Notes: generated by a model from the letters alone, not told the origin. A DNA stretch of 64,000 nt from Deltaproteobacteria bacterium (GCA_021163815.1 JAGGTJ010000025.1:5821-69820); one strand, 5' to 3'. Counted from the first letter of the stretch, positions 40,648 through 50,156 are shown. Translations and numbers: made by a program.

Positions 40648-42465
40648 ATGAATCATAATATATTAAACAGACTGTACAATTCAGAGACTATCAAACAGAA
40701 AACTGATCTTTTTACCGTGGCTGGGAAGTGGTTCTTTTATTACATCCTGATCGGGCTTATTGCAGGGTTGGGGTCTGTGATATTCCATTACCTGTGTCAG
40801 GTTGGATTTCATTTCTTTATGGATATGCTGGCGGGGTACAGACCACCGGCTCCTGCAGGTGAAGCGCATCTTTTTCATCCATCAAACACCCCCCTTAACC
40901 GCTGGATGCTTTTGTTTATGCCCGCATTTGGAGGGATACTAAGCGGTTGGATTGTCTATACCTTTGCACCAGAGGCAGAGGGGCACGGAACAGATGCGGT
41001 TATTGATGCATACCATGAAAGGGGAGGTTTTATAAGGGGCAGGATACCCTTTGTAAAAACGCTCGCATCGGTATTAACCCTTACTACCGGTGGTTCTGGC
41101 GGCCGCGAAGGGCCAATAGCCCAGATTGGAGCGGGCTTTGGGTCGTTTTTTGCGACCAAGTTAGGGCTTTCAGAGCGTGAGAGGCGTATTATGCTTGCAG
41201 CAGGTATGGGTGCAGGTATTGGAAGCATTTTTCGTGCACCTCTGGCAGGCGCCCTGTTTGCGGCAGAGGTCTTGTATCGTGACCCTGAATTTGAGTCAGA
41301 GGTAATTATACCTGCGGGCATATCGTCTGTTGTGGCCTATTGTGTCTTTTGTCTCGTGTTCGGTTGGGGATCACTGTTTAGGTCAGGCGATTTCATGTTT
41401 GACAATCCTCTTGAGCTTGGACCCTATACCATTCTTGCCTTTGTCCTCGTAGGAGGAGGTTTTTTCTATATCAAATCTTTTTATGGTGTTAACAGGATAT
41501 TTAAATCCATAAACATCCCTAACCATATAAAACCAGCCATCGGAGGTTTGTTGACAGGGACAATAGGCTTTTTTCTTCCTCAGGCGCTCGCTTTTGGCTA
41601 TGGATATGCCGAGATGGCGCTACATAACCAGCTTCCTACCATCCTTCTTGTTGGCATAGCATTTGGAAAGATCCTTACCACCTCTTTTTCTATTGGTTCC
41701 GGGGGCAGTGGCGGGGTATTCGGTCCGTCTATTGTAATAGGAGGCGCATTGGGTGGGGCCGTAGGGAGGATGTTTCACCATATTATTCCAAACATTGTAA
41801 CTCAGCCGGGCGCCTTTGTAGTGGTTGGAATGGCAGGTTTTTTTGCCTCCGTCTCCAATGCCCCTATTTCTACAATAATATTTGTCAGCGAAATGACAAA
41901 CTCTTACCATCTCCTGCTTCCCAGTCTTTTGGTATGTTCCCTTGCATATGTTTTATCAAGACCGTGGACCATATATATAAGACAGGTCCCCTCAAAGATC
42001 AATTCTCCGGCCCACAGGGGGGATTTTTTTCTTGATATTCTTGCCGGGATAAAGGTCAGGGAGTTATTGCCAAAACTGAGAAAGGTTCAGTTGGTGCCTG
42101 AAGATATGCCGTTTGACAATTTCAAGAATCTGTTCAGTACGAGCAGACAGCATTACTTTCCTGTTGTTGACAAAAATAACAGATTGACCGGGATATTTTC
42201 CATCAATGATGTAAGAAGTGTCCTTTTTGATGAAGAGATCAACAGGGTAATCATTATGAAGGATATCGCTAACAGGGATATAATCTTCACGACGCCGTCA
42301 GAGGATCTCAATGAGGTTATGAAAAAATTTACGGTGCGCAATCTGCAAAGGATTCCGGTTGTTAAGGATGATGATCATTCAGCCCTTCTCGGCATGCTGG
42401 ATCGCAGGGAAGTGATAGAATTCTATAATCAGCGTTTAAGGGAGATACAATCTCAAAAAAAGTAA
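40648..42465 (+). CDS. ClC-type chloride channel/antiporter with C-terminal CBS pair
   Basis: 605 aa; GGSGGREGP, GSGGSGGVFGPS, CBS-like tail (HYFPVVDKNNRLTGIFSINDV...RIPVVKDDD). Confidence 0.88.
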   Translation: MNHNILNRLYNSETIKQKTDLFTVAGKWFFYYILIGLIAGLGSVIFHYLCQVGFHFFMDMLAGYRPPAPAGEAHLFHPSNTPLNRWMLLFMPAFGGILSGWIVYTFAPEAEGHGTDAVIDAYHERGGFIRGRIPFVKTLASVLTLTTGGSGGREGPIAQIGAGFGSFFATKLGLSERERRIMLAAGMGAGIGSIFRAPLAGALFAAEVLYRDPEFESEVIIPAGISSVVAYCVFCLVFGWGSLFRSGDFMFDNPLELGPYTILAFVLVGGGFFYIKSFYGVNRIFKSINIPNHIKPAIGGLLTGTIGFFLPQALAFGYGYAEMALHNQLPTILLVGIAFGKILTTSFSIGSGGSGGVFGPSIVIGGALGGAVGRMFHHIIPNIVTQPGAFVVVGMAGFFASVSNAPISTIIFVSEMTNSYHLLLPSLLVCSLAYVLSRPWTIYIRQVPSKINSPAHRGDFFLDILAGIKVRELLPKLRKVQLVPEDMPFDNFKNLFSTSRQHYFPVVDKNNRLTGIFSINDVRSVLFDEEINRVIIMKDIANRDIIFTTPSEDLNEVMKKFTVRNLQRIPVVKDDDHSALLGMLDRREVIEFYNQRLREIQSQKK

Positions 42466-42491
42466 ACATCTTCACGGAACAATATGTATTA

Positions 42492-42586
42492 GCCGTAAAG
42501 ACACACAAAACCGTGCTGAAAACCAGGCTTGTTTTTTTATATCCGTGGGTGGCCAGGATATTTTGGATCCGGCCATGCCGGTTTAG
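42492..42586 (+). repeat. family A repeat, copy 6 (used here as the reference copy)
   Basis: gccgtaaagacacacaaaaccgtgctgaaaaccaggcttgtttttttatatccgtgggtggccaggatattttggatccggccatgccggtttag. Confidence 0.9.
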
Positions 42587-42671
42587 ATGCATGTTTTGGG
42601 ACAGGGCGATTCAAAAATTTTTCCTGCATATTGTCTGATAACTACCTTTATTCCAAAAGCCACAAATATCA

Positions 42672-43169
42672 ATGATACAACCTATTGAAGAAAAGATTGC
42701 CTGGGCAGAAAAGACCTATCTCAGGTTACACCGGACTTTTTCAGAAGATAAAAGGATATCTGAACTTACAGACAGGCTCAAAAAGGCCATATCCCTTTCC
42801 CGTGAAAGGATGTGTGTATCAGGTATTGTGGATATATGCAGAAAATGTGAGTATGAGGAGGGCGGATCATGTTGCGGCAAGGGTATTGAAAACAGGTATG
42901 ACAGGTGGCTGTTGATTATTAATCTTATTCTCGGAATAAAACTGCCTCATGTCAGGGAGATTGATAACAGTTGTTTTTTTCTCGGCCGGACAGGATGCAG
43001 GCTTGCTGCACGCCATGTGATATGCATTAATTATGTATGTGAAAAAATAGAGCGACATGTTCCGTCAGCCTGTCTTAATTCTCTTAAGGAGGCTGAGGGT
43101 GAGGAGATAGAGACACTGTTTTTTCTTCATGAACGACTTATGCAGGTTTACAGGTCCATAAACAGATAG
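42672..43169 (+). CDS. YkgJ-family cysteine-cluster protein (CxxCxxCC-type putative Zn/Fe-binding)
   Basis: 165 aa; CRKCEYEEGGSCCG and CFFLGRTGCRLAARHVICINYVC resemble the two Cys blocks of the family. Confidence 0.45.
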   Translation: MIQPIEEKIAWAEKTYLRLHRTFSEDKRISELTDRLKKAISLSRERMCVSGIVDICRKCEYEEGGSCCGKGIENRYDRWLLIINLILGIKLPHVREIDNSCFFLGRTGCRLAARHVICINYVCEKIERHVPSACLNSLKEAEGEEIETLFFLHERLMQVYRSINR

Positions 43170-43222
43170 TATCAGCTCAATAATCAGGGGAATAACAGCG
43201 AACCTATCCCTGTTTGTTGACC
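43170..43222 (-). repeat. repeat family C, short copy 3
   Basis: tatcagctcaataatcaggggaataacagcgaacctatccctgtttgttgacc matches the two ends of family C with the core deleted. Confidence 0.55.
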
Positions 43223-43237
43223 TATTACAACAGATAG

Positions 43238-43852
43238 ATGATGGATAATGTTCTGAAAGACACGCTTCAGTACATAGCAGACTTTTATGACAGACGTAAG
43301 GTAGGGGATACGGGGCCTCTCGGATTCAGAAGGTCTACAGATATGATGAGGTTAATGGCATGTCTTGTTCCCCTGCTTGAACAGAAGATAATCATTCCTG
43401 GCAAAACCCGTTTTCTTGACCTTGGATGTGCGGATGCAAGGGTAAATGTCTTTTTAAGCTATTTGGTCAAAACCTCTGTAGGTGTTGAACTGGATGAGTG
43501 GACATTGGAAGAACATGAATCTCTGTCAGGGAAACTGTATCCCGGTCTGGAAGAACGTGGACTTATGCTGCCGCCTGAAAATATTTTTCTCTATAATGGG
43601 GATTCTACCTCACCTGTAATCCATGAAAAAATTTTTACTGACACAGGGCTTCGCCTGAGGAACTTTGATGTCTTTTATACCTATCTTGTTATGTACCAGG
43701 AATTTTCCAGGCTTATTTTAAAAGAGGGGAAACAGGGGGCCATCTTTATGGTTTACGGATTGAACAGGATAATGCCGGCGCTGAAGGGGTTTCGACTCCT
43801 TGACAGCATTAGTCCTGTTCAGGGGATATTGGCCGTTTATCAGAAGATCTGA
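43238..43852 (+). CDS. hypothetical protein, possible class I SAM-methyltransferase-like fold
   Basis: 204 aa; RFLDLGCADARVNVFLS resembles an AdoMet motif I; otherwise unassigned. Confidence 0.35.
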   Translation: MMDNVLKDTLQYIADFYDRRKVGDTGPLGFRRSTDMMRLMACLVPLLEQKIIIPGKTRFLDLGCADARVNVFLSYLVKTSVGVELDEWTLEEHESLSGKLYPGLEERGLMLPPENIFLYNGDSTSPVIHEKIFTDTGLRLRNFDVFYTYLVMYQEFSRLILKEGKQGAIFMVYGLNRIMPALKGFRLLDSISPVQGILAVYQKI

Positions 43853-45080
43853 TCTTAAAGAATACAAGCCCCATAAACATAAAAATCATTGAGACAAAAA
43901 AGATGGCCCTGTATCCTGCAAATTCTCCTATGTAACCCAGGGCAATGGAACCAATAAAGGCGCCGGCATCAATTGCCCCTGTGAAAATGCCAGTGACCTT
44001 TCCCCTGATATGGACAGGTTGGTCCCTGATGGCGAGGGAATTCATGCAGGGGAACAGAAAACCATGTCCGCATCCTGATAACATTCCGGATATTACCAGC
44101 ATTATATTTCCTCTGGCAAAGATGAGCATCCCAACTCCTATCCCTGTTATAATGGAGGCATAGGGAATAATTATACGTTCTCCGATGCCGTCAGCAAGCC
44201 TGCCGCCAAAAAACCTTGTTATTACCGCAGAGAATGAATAGGTAATATAATACAGCGAAATAAACTCTATCCCTTGGCTTTTTGCAAAGGGGGCAACAAA
44301 ATTTCCTGTGGCAGCCATGACAAAACCAAAAGATATGGATAGAATAGCTATTGGTATCATCTCCTCTTTTCTGAGGATGGCAAAGAAAGAGACAGAGCCT
44401 TTTGGGTTGTTGGTGCAATATTCGTTGACATCGTCTGTAAGATCAGGGGATGTTTTTATCTTTTGTATTGTTTGCAATTCGTCTTGATCCAGCCATTTTT
44501 GCCCGGGTCTGTATGATTCATGAATAACGGCCTGAAATAACAGCCCTGTGAAGGCAAGAACGGTTGCCGTAACAAAAAAACATGGAAACCCGAACCTCTT
44601 TATTGCCAGTTCGCCTATAACAGGGCCAACAGCCAGGCCTATAAGCCCGGTCATACCAAACATCCCGAGCCCCTCATTCAGTCGTTGTTTTGGTACTATG
44701 TCCGCTATATAGGTAAAGGTCGCTGTAAAGCATATAGCCAACCCGATACCGTGTATGAGTCTAAGGAGGATCAGGAAGGGATAAAAACCGGATAATGGCC
44801 CTTTGCAGAACAGGTAGGATATGGATACAAGGGTCATGCTCATCGATCCTGCAGCATAACTGTTTTTTCGTCCTATCCTGTCAATTATTTCAGAAACCCA
44901 TGGTCGGCAGACAACAGAAGAAAAGGCAAATGCCCCCATTATAATGCCAATATCTGACTTTGATCCTCCATGGGCAGAGATAAACAGAGGGAAGAGAAAG
45001 AAGCACCCAAAACTGGATACTGTAAAAAAGTTTGCAAGACCCATCAGGATGAATGCCTTGGTGTAGAGATCTGATTTCAT
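43809..45080 (-). CDS. MFS transporter
   Basis: About 12 predicted TM helices; EIIDRIGRKNS and GGRLADGIGER loop motifs. ATG at 45080 preferred over the upstream TTG. Convergent 44-nt overlap with the preceding CDS. Confidence 0.8.
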   Translation of the reverse strand: MKSDLYTKAFILMGLANFFTVSSFGCFFLFPLFISAHGGSKSDIGIIMGAFAFSSVVCRPWVSEIIDRIGRKNSYAAGSMSMTLVSISYLFCKGPLSGFYPFLILLRLIHGIGLAICFTATFTYIADIVPKQRLNEGLGMFGMTGLIGLAVGPVIGELAIKRFGFPCFFVTATVLAFTGLLFQAVIHESYRPGQKWLDQDELQTIQKIKTSPDLTDDVNEYCTNNPKGSVSFFAILRKEEMIPIAILSISFGFVMAATGNFVAPFAKSQGIEFISLYYITYSFSAVITRFFGGRLADGIGERIIIPYASIITGIGVGMLIFARGNIMLVISGMLSGCGHGFLFPCMNSLAIRDQPVHIRGKVTGIFTGAIDAGAFIGSIALGYIGEFAGYRAIFFVSMIFMFMGLVFFKIRSSDKRPISPEQD

Positions 45081-45110
45081 TATTGCCAACCGTAAGTGTT
45101 TTTAATGTGT

Positions 45111-45199
45111 CGTGAAAAGGCACAAAATCGTGCTGAAAAACCAGTCTGTATTTTCATGTTCGTGGCATGATCAGGATATTATCCGGCCATGCCGGTGTT
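45111..45199 (+). repeat. family A repeat, copy 7
   Basis: cgtgaaaaggcacaaaatcgtgctgaaaaaccagtctgtattttcatgttcgtggcatgatcaggatattatccggccatgccggtg. Confidence 0.85.
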
Positions 45200-45380
45200 A
45201 AATGTTATGCGAAGACATATTTGTATTTTGCTGCACAAATGCTCCTGTAGATTGATACTGATATTGCAGAAAAAGGATTTATAGATGGAAACTAATTGAC
45301 AAATCATTGGCTTATTAGTTATTCTAATGATTTAAATCCCGATTATGCAAGTGTTGTTTTGATCTGAATCAGGATGAGAT

Positions 45381-45472
45381 CCTTTGAAAATGTTCAGTCT
45401 TTGTTCAGATTCAGGGAAGGTAAAAATTTTAACCGGAAGGATATATTTCCGGAATTAAAATCTGAGCCTGAC
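45381..45472 (+). repeat. repeat family E, copy 1
   Basis: cctttgaaaatgttcagtctttgttcagattcagggaaggtaaaaattttaaccggaaggatatatttccggaattaaaatctgagcctgac is close to the reverse complement of 50157-50255. Confidence 0.8.
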
Positions 45473-45573
45473 CTGCCTGTTGATGGCAGGCACGGAAATT
45501 GAGTAAGGCAAGAACATTGTGCAAGGGTCTCATATTGTTCATATTGTATGCCCATTAAGGATATGGTTTAATC

Positions 45574-46902
45574 ATGTTTGAAAATCTGACAGACAAACTG
45601 AATGCGATATTCAAAAAGGTGACCGGCAAAGGCAAACTTACCGAGGCCAACGTAAAGGATGCCTTGAGAGAAGTTCGTCTTGCCCTGCTTGAGGCTGATG
45701 TCAATTACAGGGTTGTAAAACAGATTATACAACGTATCACCGATCGGGCAATTGGCCATGAGGTTATGCAAAGCCTTACGCCGGGGCAGCAGATCATAAA
45801 GATTGTCAGTGAAGAACTTACCAGCCTTATGGGGGGGGAGGCAAGTACTTTGCAGCTGATTGGCCGTCCTCCATTTTCTTTGATGCTGGTAGGGCTTCAG
45901 GGTTCAGGTAAGACAACAACAGCGGCAAAGATTGCCATGCTTTTAAGGAGGCAGGGAAGGCATCCTTATCTTGTTCCTGCAGATGTATACAGGCCTGCTG
46001 CAATAGATCAGCTTGAAAAGCTGGGGAAATCTATCCAGGTTCCTGTTTATCCATCTGATCCCGCACACAAGCCTGAGGACATATGTCTTCAGGCGATGTC
46101 AGAGGCGGGAAAGCAGGGCTCTGATGTTTTGATTATTGATACGGCGGGGCGTCTGCATATTGATGATGATCTGATGGATGAGCTTGGACGGATAAAACGC
46201 AAGATAAATCCGGTGGAAATTCTTCTTGTAGCCGATGCCATGACAGGGCAGGATGCTGTTAATGTAGCCAAAAAATTCGATGAGATCCTGGACATAACAG
46301 GGGTTATCCTCTCCAAGATGGAGGGTGATGCAAGAGGGGGAGCTGCCCTGTCTATCAAGGCGGTAACAGGGAAGCCCATAAAATTTGTTGGAATCGGGGA
46401 ACAGATAGGCGATCTGGAGGTCTTTCATCCGGAAAGGGTGGCATCTCAGATACTGGGTATGGGAGATATGCTCTCTCTTATTGATAAGGTTCAGTCTCAG
46501 TTTGATGAAAAAGAGGCGGAAAAACTTCAGAAAAAGTTGAAACAAAACAAGTTTGATCTTGATGATTTTTTGTCTCAACTACGCCAGATGAAGAAGATAG
46601 GCTCTCTTGAGCAGATAATGAGCATGATTCCCGGGCTGGGACAGAACAAAAAGCTGAAACAGTTCAAGCCTGATGAAAAAGAACTGATCAAGGTAGAGGC
46701 AATTATCAATTCCATGACCAAGCAGGAGCGGCAGGATTACAGGATTATAAAGGGAAGCAGAAAAAAGAGGATTGCCCGGGGAAGTGGTGTGAAAATTCAG
46801 GATGTAAACCGGCTTTTAAAAAATTTTGCTCAGTCCAAAAAGATGATTGAGCGTTTAACGAGGAAAGGGTATGATAATAATATTATGTCCATGTTTAAGT
46901 AG
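45574..46902 (+). CDS. ffh: signal recognition particle protein Ffh
   Basis: 442 aa; GLQGSGKTTTAAK, DTAGRL, methionine-rich M domain. Confidence 0.95.
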   Translation: MFENLTDKLNAIFKKVTGKGKLTEANVKDALREVRLALLEADVNYRVVKQIIQRITDRAIGHEVMQSLTPGQQIIKIVSEELTSLMGGEASTLQLIGRPPFSLMLVGLQGSGKTTTAAKIAMLLRRQGRHPYLVPADVYRPAAIDQLEKLGKSIQVPVYPSDPAHKPEDICLQAMSEAGKQGSDVLIIDTAGRLHIDDDLMDELGRIKRKINPVEILLVADAMTGQDAVNVAKKFDEILDITGVILSKMEGDARGGAALSIKAVTGKPIKFVGIGEQIGDLEVFHPERVASQILGMGDMLSLIDKVQSQFDEKEAEKLQKKLKQNKFDLDDFLSQLRQMKKIGSLEQIMSMIPGLGQNKKLKQFKPDEKELIKVEAIINSMTKQERQDYRIIKGSRKKRIARGSGVKIQDVNRLLKNFAQSKKMIERLTRKGYDNNIMSMFK

Positions 46903-46935
46903 GTTTTATCCATAATGTGATATTTTTTTGCTGGT

Positions 46936-47029
46936 TACCGTAAAAATAAACATACAAAACCGTATTAAAAACCAGTCTGTATTTTACTGTGTTTGGTCAG
47001 GATATTTTAAATCCGGCCATGCCGGTTTA
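46936..47029 (+). repeat. family A repeat, copy 8
   Basis: taccgtaaaaataaacatacaaaaccgtattaaaaaccagtctgtattttactgtgtttggtcaggatattttaaatccggccatgccggttta. Confidence 0.85.
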
Positions 47030-47121
47030 TCTGTGGATAGGTGGTGGATAGCGGTATTTTTATGAGTTCGTCAATATTATAACATTATAATTAAATGAAA
47101 TCCTGGAGGTTTTTAAGGTAA

Positions 47122-47385
47122 ATGGCTGTAAAAATAAGACTAACAAGACGAGGGGCCAAGAAAAAACCGTTTTATCGGTTGGTAGCTGCTGATTCCAGAT
47201 CGCCACGTGATGGCAAATTCCTGGATATCCTGGGTTATTACAATCCACTGAAGGACCCTGTAGAAATCAAGGTTCACAGGGACAGGGTGGATTACTGGAT
47301 AAAAAAAGGCGCCCTTATGAGCGATTCTGTACGAACATTGCTGAAGAAAGAAAAAAGGTCCATGGCCTCTTCAATGGATGATTAG
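47122..47385 (+). CDS. rpsP: 30S ribosomal protein S16
   Basis: MAVKIRLTRRGAKKKPFYRLVAADSRSPRDGKFLDILGYYNP. Confidence 0.95.
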   Translation: MAVKIRLTRRGAKKKPFYRLVAADSRSPRDGKFLDILGYYNPLKDPVEIKVHRDRVDYWIKKGALMSDSVRTLLKKEKRSMASSMDD

Positions 47386-47762
47386 GCCCTTTCTGCAAAG
47401 GTCTATTTCTCACTGTGTTTTGTAGGTGGGAGGGTGTGCTGTCTGCTGTCTTTGAGATGGAATAGGCAGGACATCTTAATTGCGTTGTTCAGAATTGATT
47501 CGTGGATGGGTATTGATTAATTTCCGTGACTGTTGCCCGGGACAGCAGTTTTTCCTGATTTGCAGGATGTTTTGGTATTGCCAGGGCTGTATACTGTGCT
47601 TAATTTCTTTATTGAAAACTCTATAGTGTCCAAAATCTGCCTGGGATGGACATGAGTCAACTGTGGATAAAAGAGAAAGAAGGAGTCTTTCTGTAACCGG
47701 CTCCTTGTAAGCACCTTAAAATAAACACCTTTGTCAACTCGATATTGCATTGGAGGTAGAAT

Positions 47763-47993
47763 ATGAAAGATCTGATAGCGTACATAGCAAAGGCATTAGT
47801 GGATAAACCGGAAGAGGTGGTTGTAACAGAAGTGGAGGGGGAACAGACCTCTGTTATTGAATTAAAGGTGGCCAAGGATGATCTGGGGAAGGTGATTGGG
47901 AAACAGGGGCGTACTGCCCGTGCAATGAGAACTATCCTCAGCGCAGCATCCACAAAGCTGGGAAAACGTGCAGTCCTGGAAATTATAGAATAA
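47763..47993 (+). CDS. KH-domain RNA-binding protein (YlqC/UPF0109)
   Basis: 76 aa; [48 protein letters not shown]. Confidence 0.88.
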   Translation: MKDLIAYIAKALVDKPEEVVVTEVEGEQTSVIELKVAKDDLGKVIGKQGRTARAMRTILSAASTKLGKRAVLEIIE

Positions 47994-47995
47994 CA

Positions 47996-48164
47996 CCTAA
48001 ATCCTGCAAGCGTCGAGTTTGCCGAAGACCTGCCTGCAGCAGGCAGATACAAGGCGGCAAGGGTGCAGACGTACTACGATCAAATCCTTGCCACACAGAT
48101 TTGGTAAAATCGGCGCTTGTGGAGGGTAAACTGTTTTCAAAAATAGTTTATGCAGGTTTTAGGT
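47996..48164 (+). repeat. repeat family D, copy 1
   Basis: cctaaatcctgcaagcgtcgagtttgccgaagacctgcctgcagcaggcag...ggcaagggtgcagacgtactacgatcaaatccttgcc...ttttcaaaaatagtttatgcaggttttaggt; internal hairpins GGCAAGG/CCTTGCC and CTGCCTGC/GCAGGCAG. Confidence 0.8.
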
Positions 48165-48212
48165 AACACTTAACAGACAACAGCAAGAACAGAATTGTAA
48201 ACTGTTTATACC

Positions 48213-48743
48213 ATGTGTAAGTCCAATGATAATCTTGTTCTTATGGGAAGACTGTTGCATGCGCATGGTGTAAAGGGTCTCGCCTTGATCCACTCCTATG
48301 CCGATTCACCGGATGACTTTATTCAGGCGGGAAGTGTGTTTTTGAGAGGCAGGAACGGATGTTTAGATAAATATCAGGTTTCAGATATAAGGCCTCATAA
48401 AAGGCATTATTTAATGAAATTTGTCGGTCTTGATTCAAGGGAACAGGTAGACTCCCATAAGGGCGACGATATCCTGGTGGATAAAAATCTGCTTGTTCGC
48501 GGTGATGACGAGTTTTTCTGGTTTGAACTCATTGGCCTTGATGTCTATCTTGACTCTGGCGTTTGGCTTGGAAGGCTTGACAGAATTATTTCCACAAGGG
48601 CCAATGATATTTACATCGTCAAAAAAGGAAAGGCAGAGGTCTATATCCCCGCTACAGTCGATGTTGTCAGAAAGATTGATCTTGAGGAAAACAAGATGAT
48701 AGTTTCGGATGAGGGAGGTATCCTTGGCTTAAATGAGATTTGA
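48213..48743 (+). CDS. rimM: 16S rRNA processing protein RimM
   Basis: 176 aa; GRLLHAHGVKG, FFWFELIGLDVY; position between the KH gene and trmD. Confidence 0.88.
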   Translation: MCKSNDNLVLMGRLLHAHGVKGLALIHSYADSPDDFIQAGSVFLRGRNGCLDKYQVSDIRPHKRHYLMKFVGLDSREQVDSHKGDDILVDKNLLVRGDDEFFWFELIGLDVYLDSGVWLGRLDRIISTRANDIYIVKKGKAEVYIPATVDVVRKIDLEENKMIVSDEGGILGLNEI

Positions 48744-49491
48744 CATCCTCACCATTTTCCCTGGTCTGTTTTCATCCTTTTTAAGCCATGGTATCTTGGG
48801 ACGTTCCATAGAAAGGGGCCTGATTGATATCAGGCTTGTAAACATCCGTGACTTTACAGATGATCCTCACAGGAGTACGGATGACAAGCCTTACGGTGGA
48901 GGGGCAGGGATGGTAATGACGCCTGGGCCTGTTTTTCGTGCCCTTGATGCGGTTAAAAGGGAGAGTGAAAACTCCTCCGTGATTCTTTTAAGTCCCCAGG
49001 GTAAGAGATTTGATCAGTCATTGGCATGGAAACTGGCCGGGTTTGATCAGCTCATCCTTATATGTGGGCGTTATGAGGGCGTGGATGAACGCATCCGCCT
49101 TGGGTATGCAGACATGGAGATATCCATAGGTGACTATATCCTGAATGGCGGGGAAACAGGGGCCATGGTGATTATAGAGGCGGTAAGCCGTCTTGTACCC
49201 GGAGTCCTTGGCACAGACAAATCCAGCAAGGAGGATACCTTTGAAAACGGTCTCCTTAAGTACCCTCAGTATACAAGGCCAAAGGTATTTAATGGTATGC
49301 ATGTTCCGGATGTCCTCCTGTCAGGAGATCATGAACGGATAAGAATATGGCGCAGGACAGAATCCATTAAAAAGACCTGCAGAAACAGGCCTGACCTGAT
49401 TAAGAAAGCGGATCTGACGAAAGAAGACCTTCTCATTCTGAAACGCCAGAAAGACCTTGCATCTGTTTTGGATGCCGACAAAAACGACTGA
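48733..49491 (+). CDS. trmD: tRNA (guanine37-N1)-methyltransferase
   Basis: 252 aa; MRFDILTIFPGLF, DDKPYGGGAGMVM, ICGRYEGVDERI. Confidence 0.95.
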   Translation: MRFDILTIFPGLFSSFLSHGILGRSIERGLIDIRLVNIRDFTDDPHRSTDDKPYGGGAGMVMTPGPVFRALDAVKRESENSSVILLSPQGKRFDQSLAWKLAGFDQLILICGRYEGVDERIRLGYADMEISIGDYILNGGETGAMVIIEAVSRLVPGVLGTDKSSKEDTFENGLLKYPQYTRPKVFNGMHVPDVLLSGDHERIRIWRRTESIKKTCRNRPDLIKKADLTKEDLLILKRQKDLASVLDADKND

Positions 49492-49556
49492 TCCTGACAG
49501 CTTTTTATAGCAGGAGGTCCGGGGTTTCTTTGTTTTTTTACGGTAAAAGATAAATT

Positions 49557-50132
49557 ATGTCCATATATCTGGGGCTTGTGCATTATCCCGTTTACAACAG
49601 AAATCATGAAACAGTGGCATCGGCTGTCACAACAGTGGATATTCATGATATTGCACGGCTTTCCAGGGCATATGGTGTAAAAAGGTTTTTTGTTGTTACT
49701 CCCCTTACGGATCAGGCATTACTGGTAAAAAAGATAATAGCTCACTGGACCACCGGATACGGTTCCTCTTATAATATGCACAGAAAAGAGGCCCTTGAAC
49801 TGGTTTCAGTGGTTTCTTCTATATCTGAGGCCGTTGAACGGATAAAAAAAACAGAGGAATCCGCTCCCCTGCTTATAGCTACCAGTGCATCGAGACATAA
49901 AGGTAATCCCGTATCTTTCGAAGAGCTTGCAAGAATCATTTCTGTAGGGAGGACTGTTTTTTTGCTTTTCGGAACGGCATGGGGGCTTGAGGAAAACATC
50001 TTTTTAAATGCAGACTATGTATTGGAGCCTGTAACCTGTGCTACAGGATACAGGCATATATCTGTCAGGTCTGCAGTAGCGATAATTATGGATAGGTTAA
50101 TACAAAAATCTCAACATGAGACCTTTGCATAA
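49557..50132 (+). CDS. predicted SPOUT-type SAM-dependent RNA methyltransferase (Methyltrn_RNA_4-like)
   Basis: 191 aa; IYLGLVHYPVYNRNHETVASAVTTVDIHDIARLSRAYGVKRFFVVTP; typical neighbourhood between trmD and rplS. Confidence 0.55.
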   Translation: MSIYLGLVHYPVYNRNHETVASAVTTVDIHDIARLSRAYGVKRFFVVTPLTDQALLVKKIIAHWTTGYGSSYNMHRKEALELVSVVSSISEAVERIKKTEESAPLLIATSASRHKGNPVSFEELARIISVGRTVFLLFGTAWGLEENIFLNADYVLEPVTCATGYRHISVRSAVAIIMDRLIQKSQHETFA

Positions 50133-50156
50133 CGTCCTCTTTTGCCCAGTTTCTGT

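Noticed and set aside
47517-47750. 77-aa antisense ORF in the rpsP-KH spacer
   Set aside because: No RBS and no similarity that I recognise. Its orientation is opposite to the operon. The spacer itself is reported as a finding instead.
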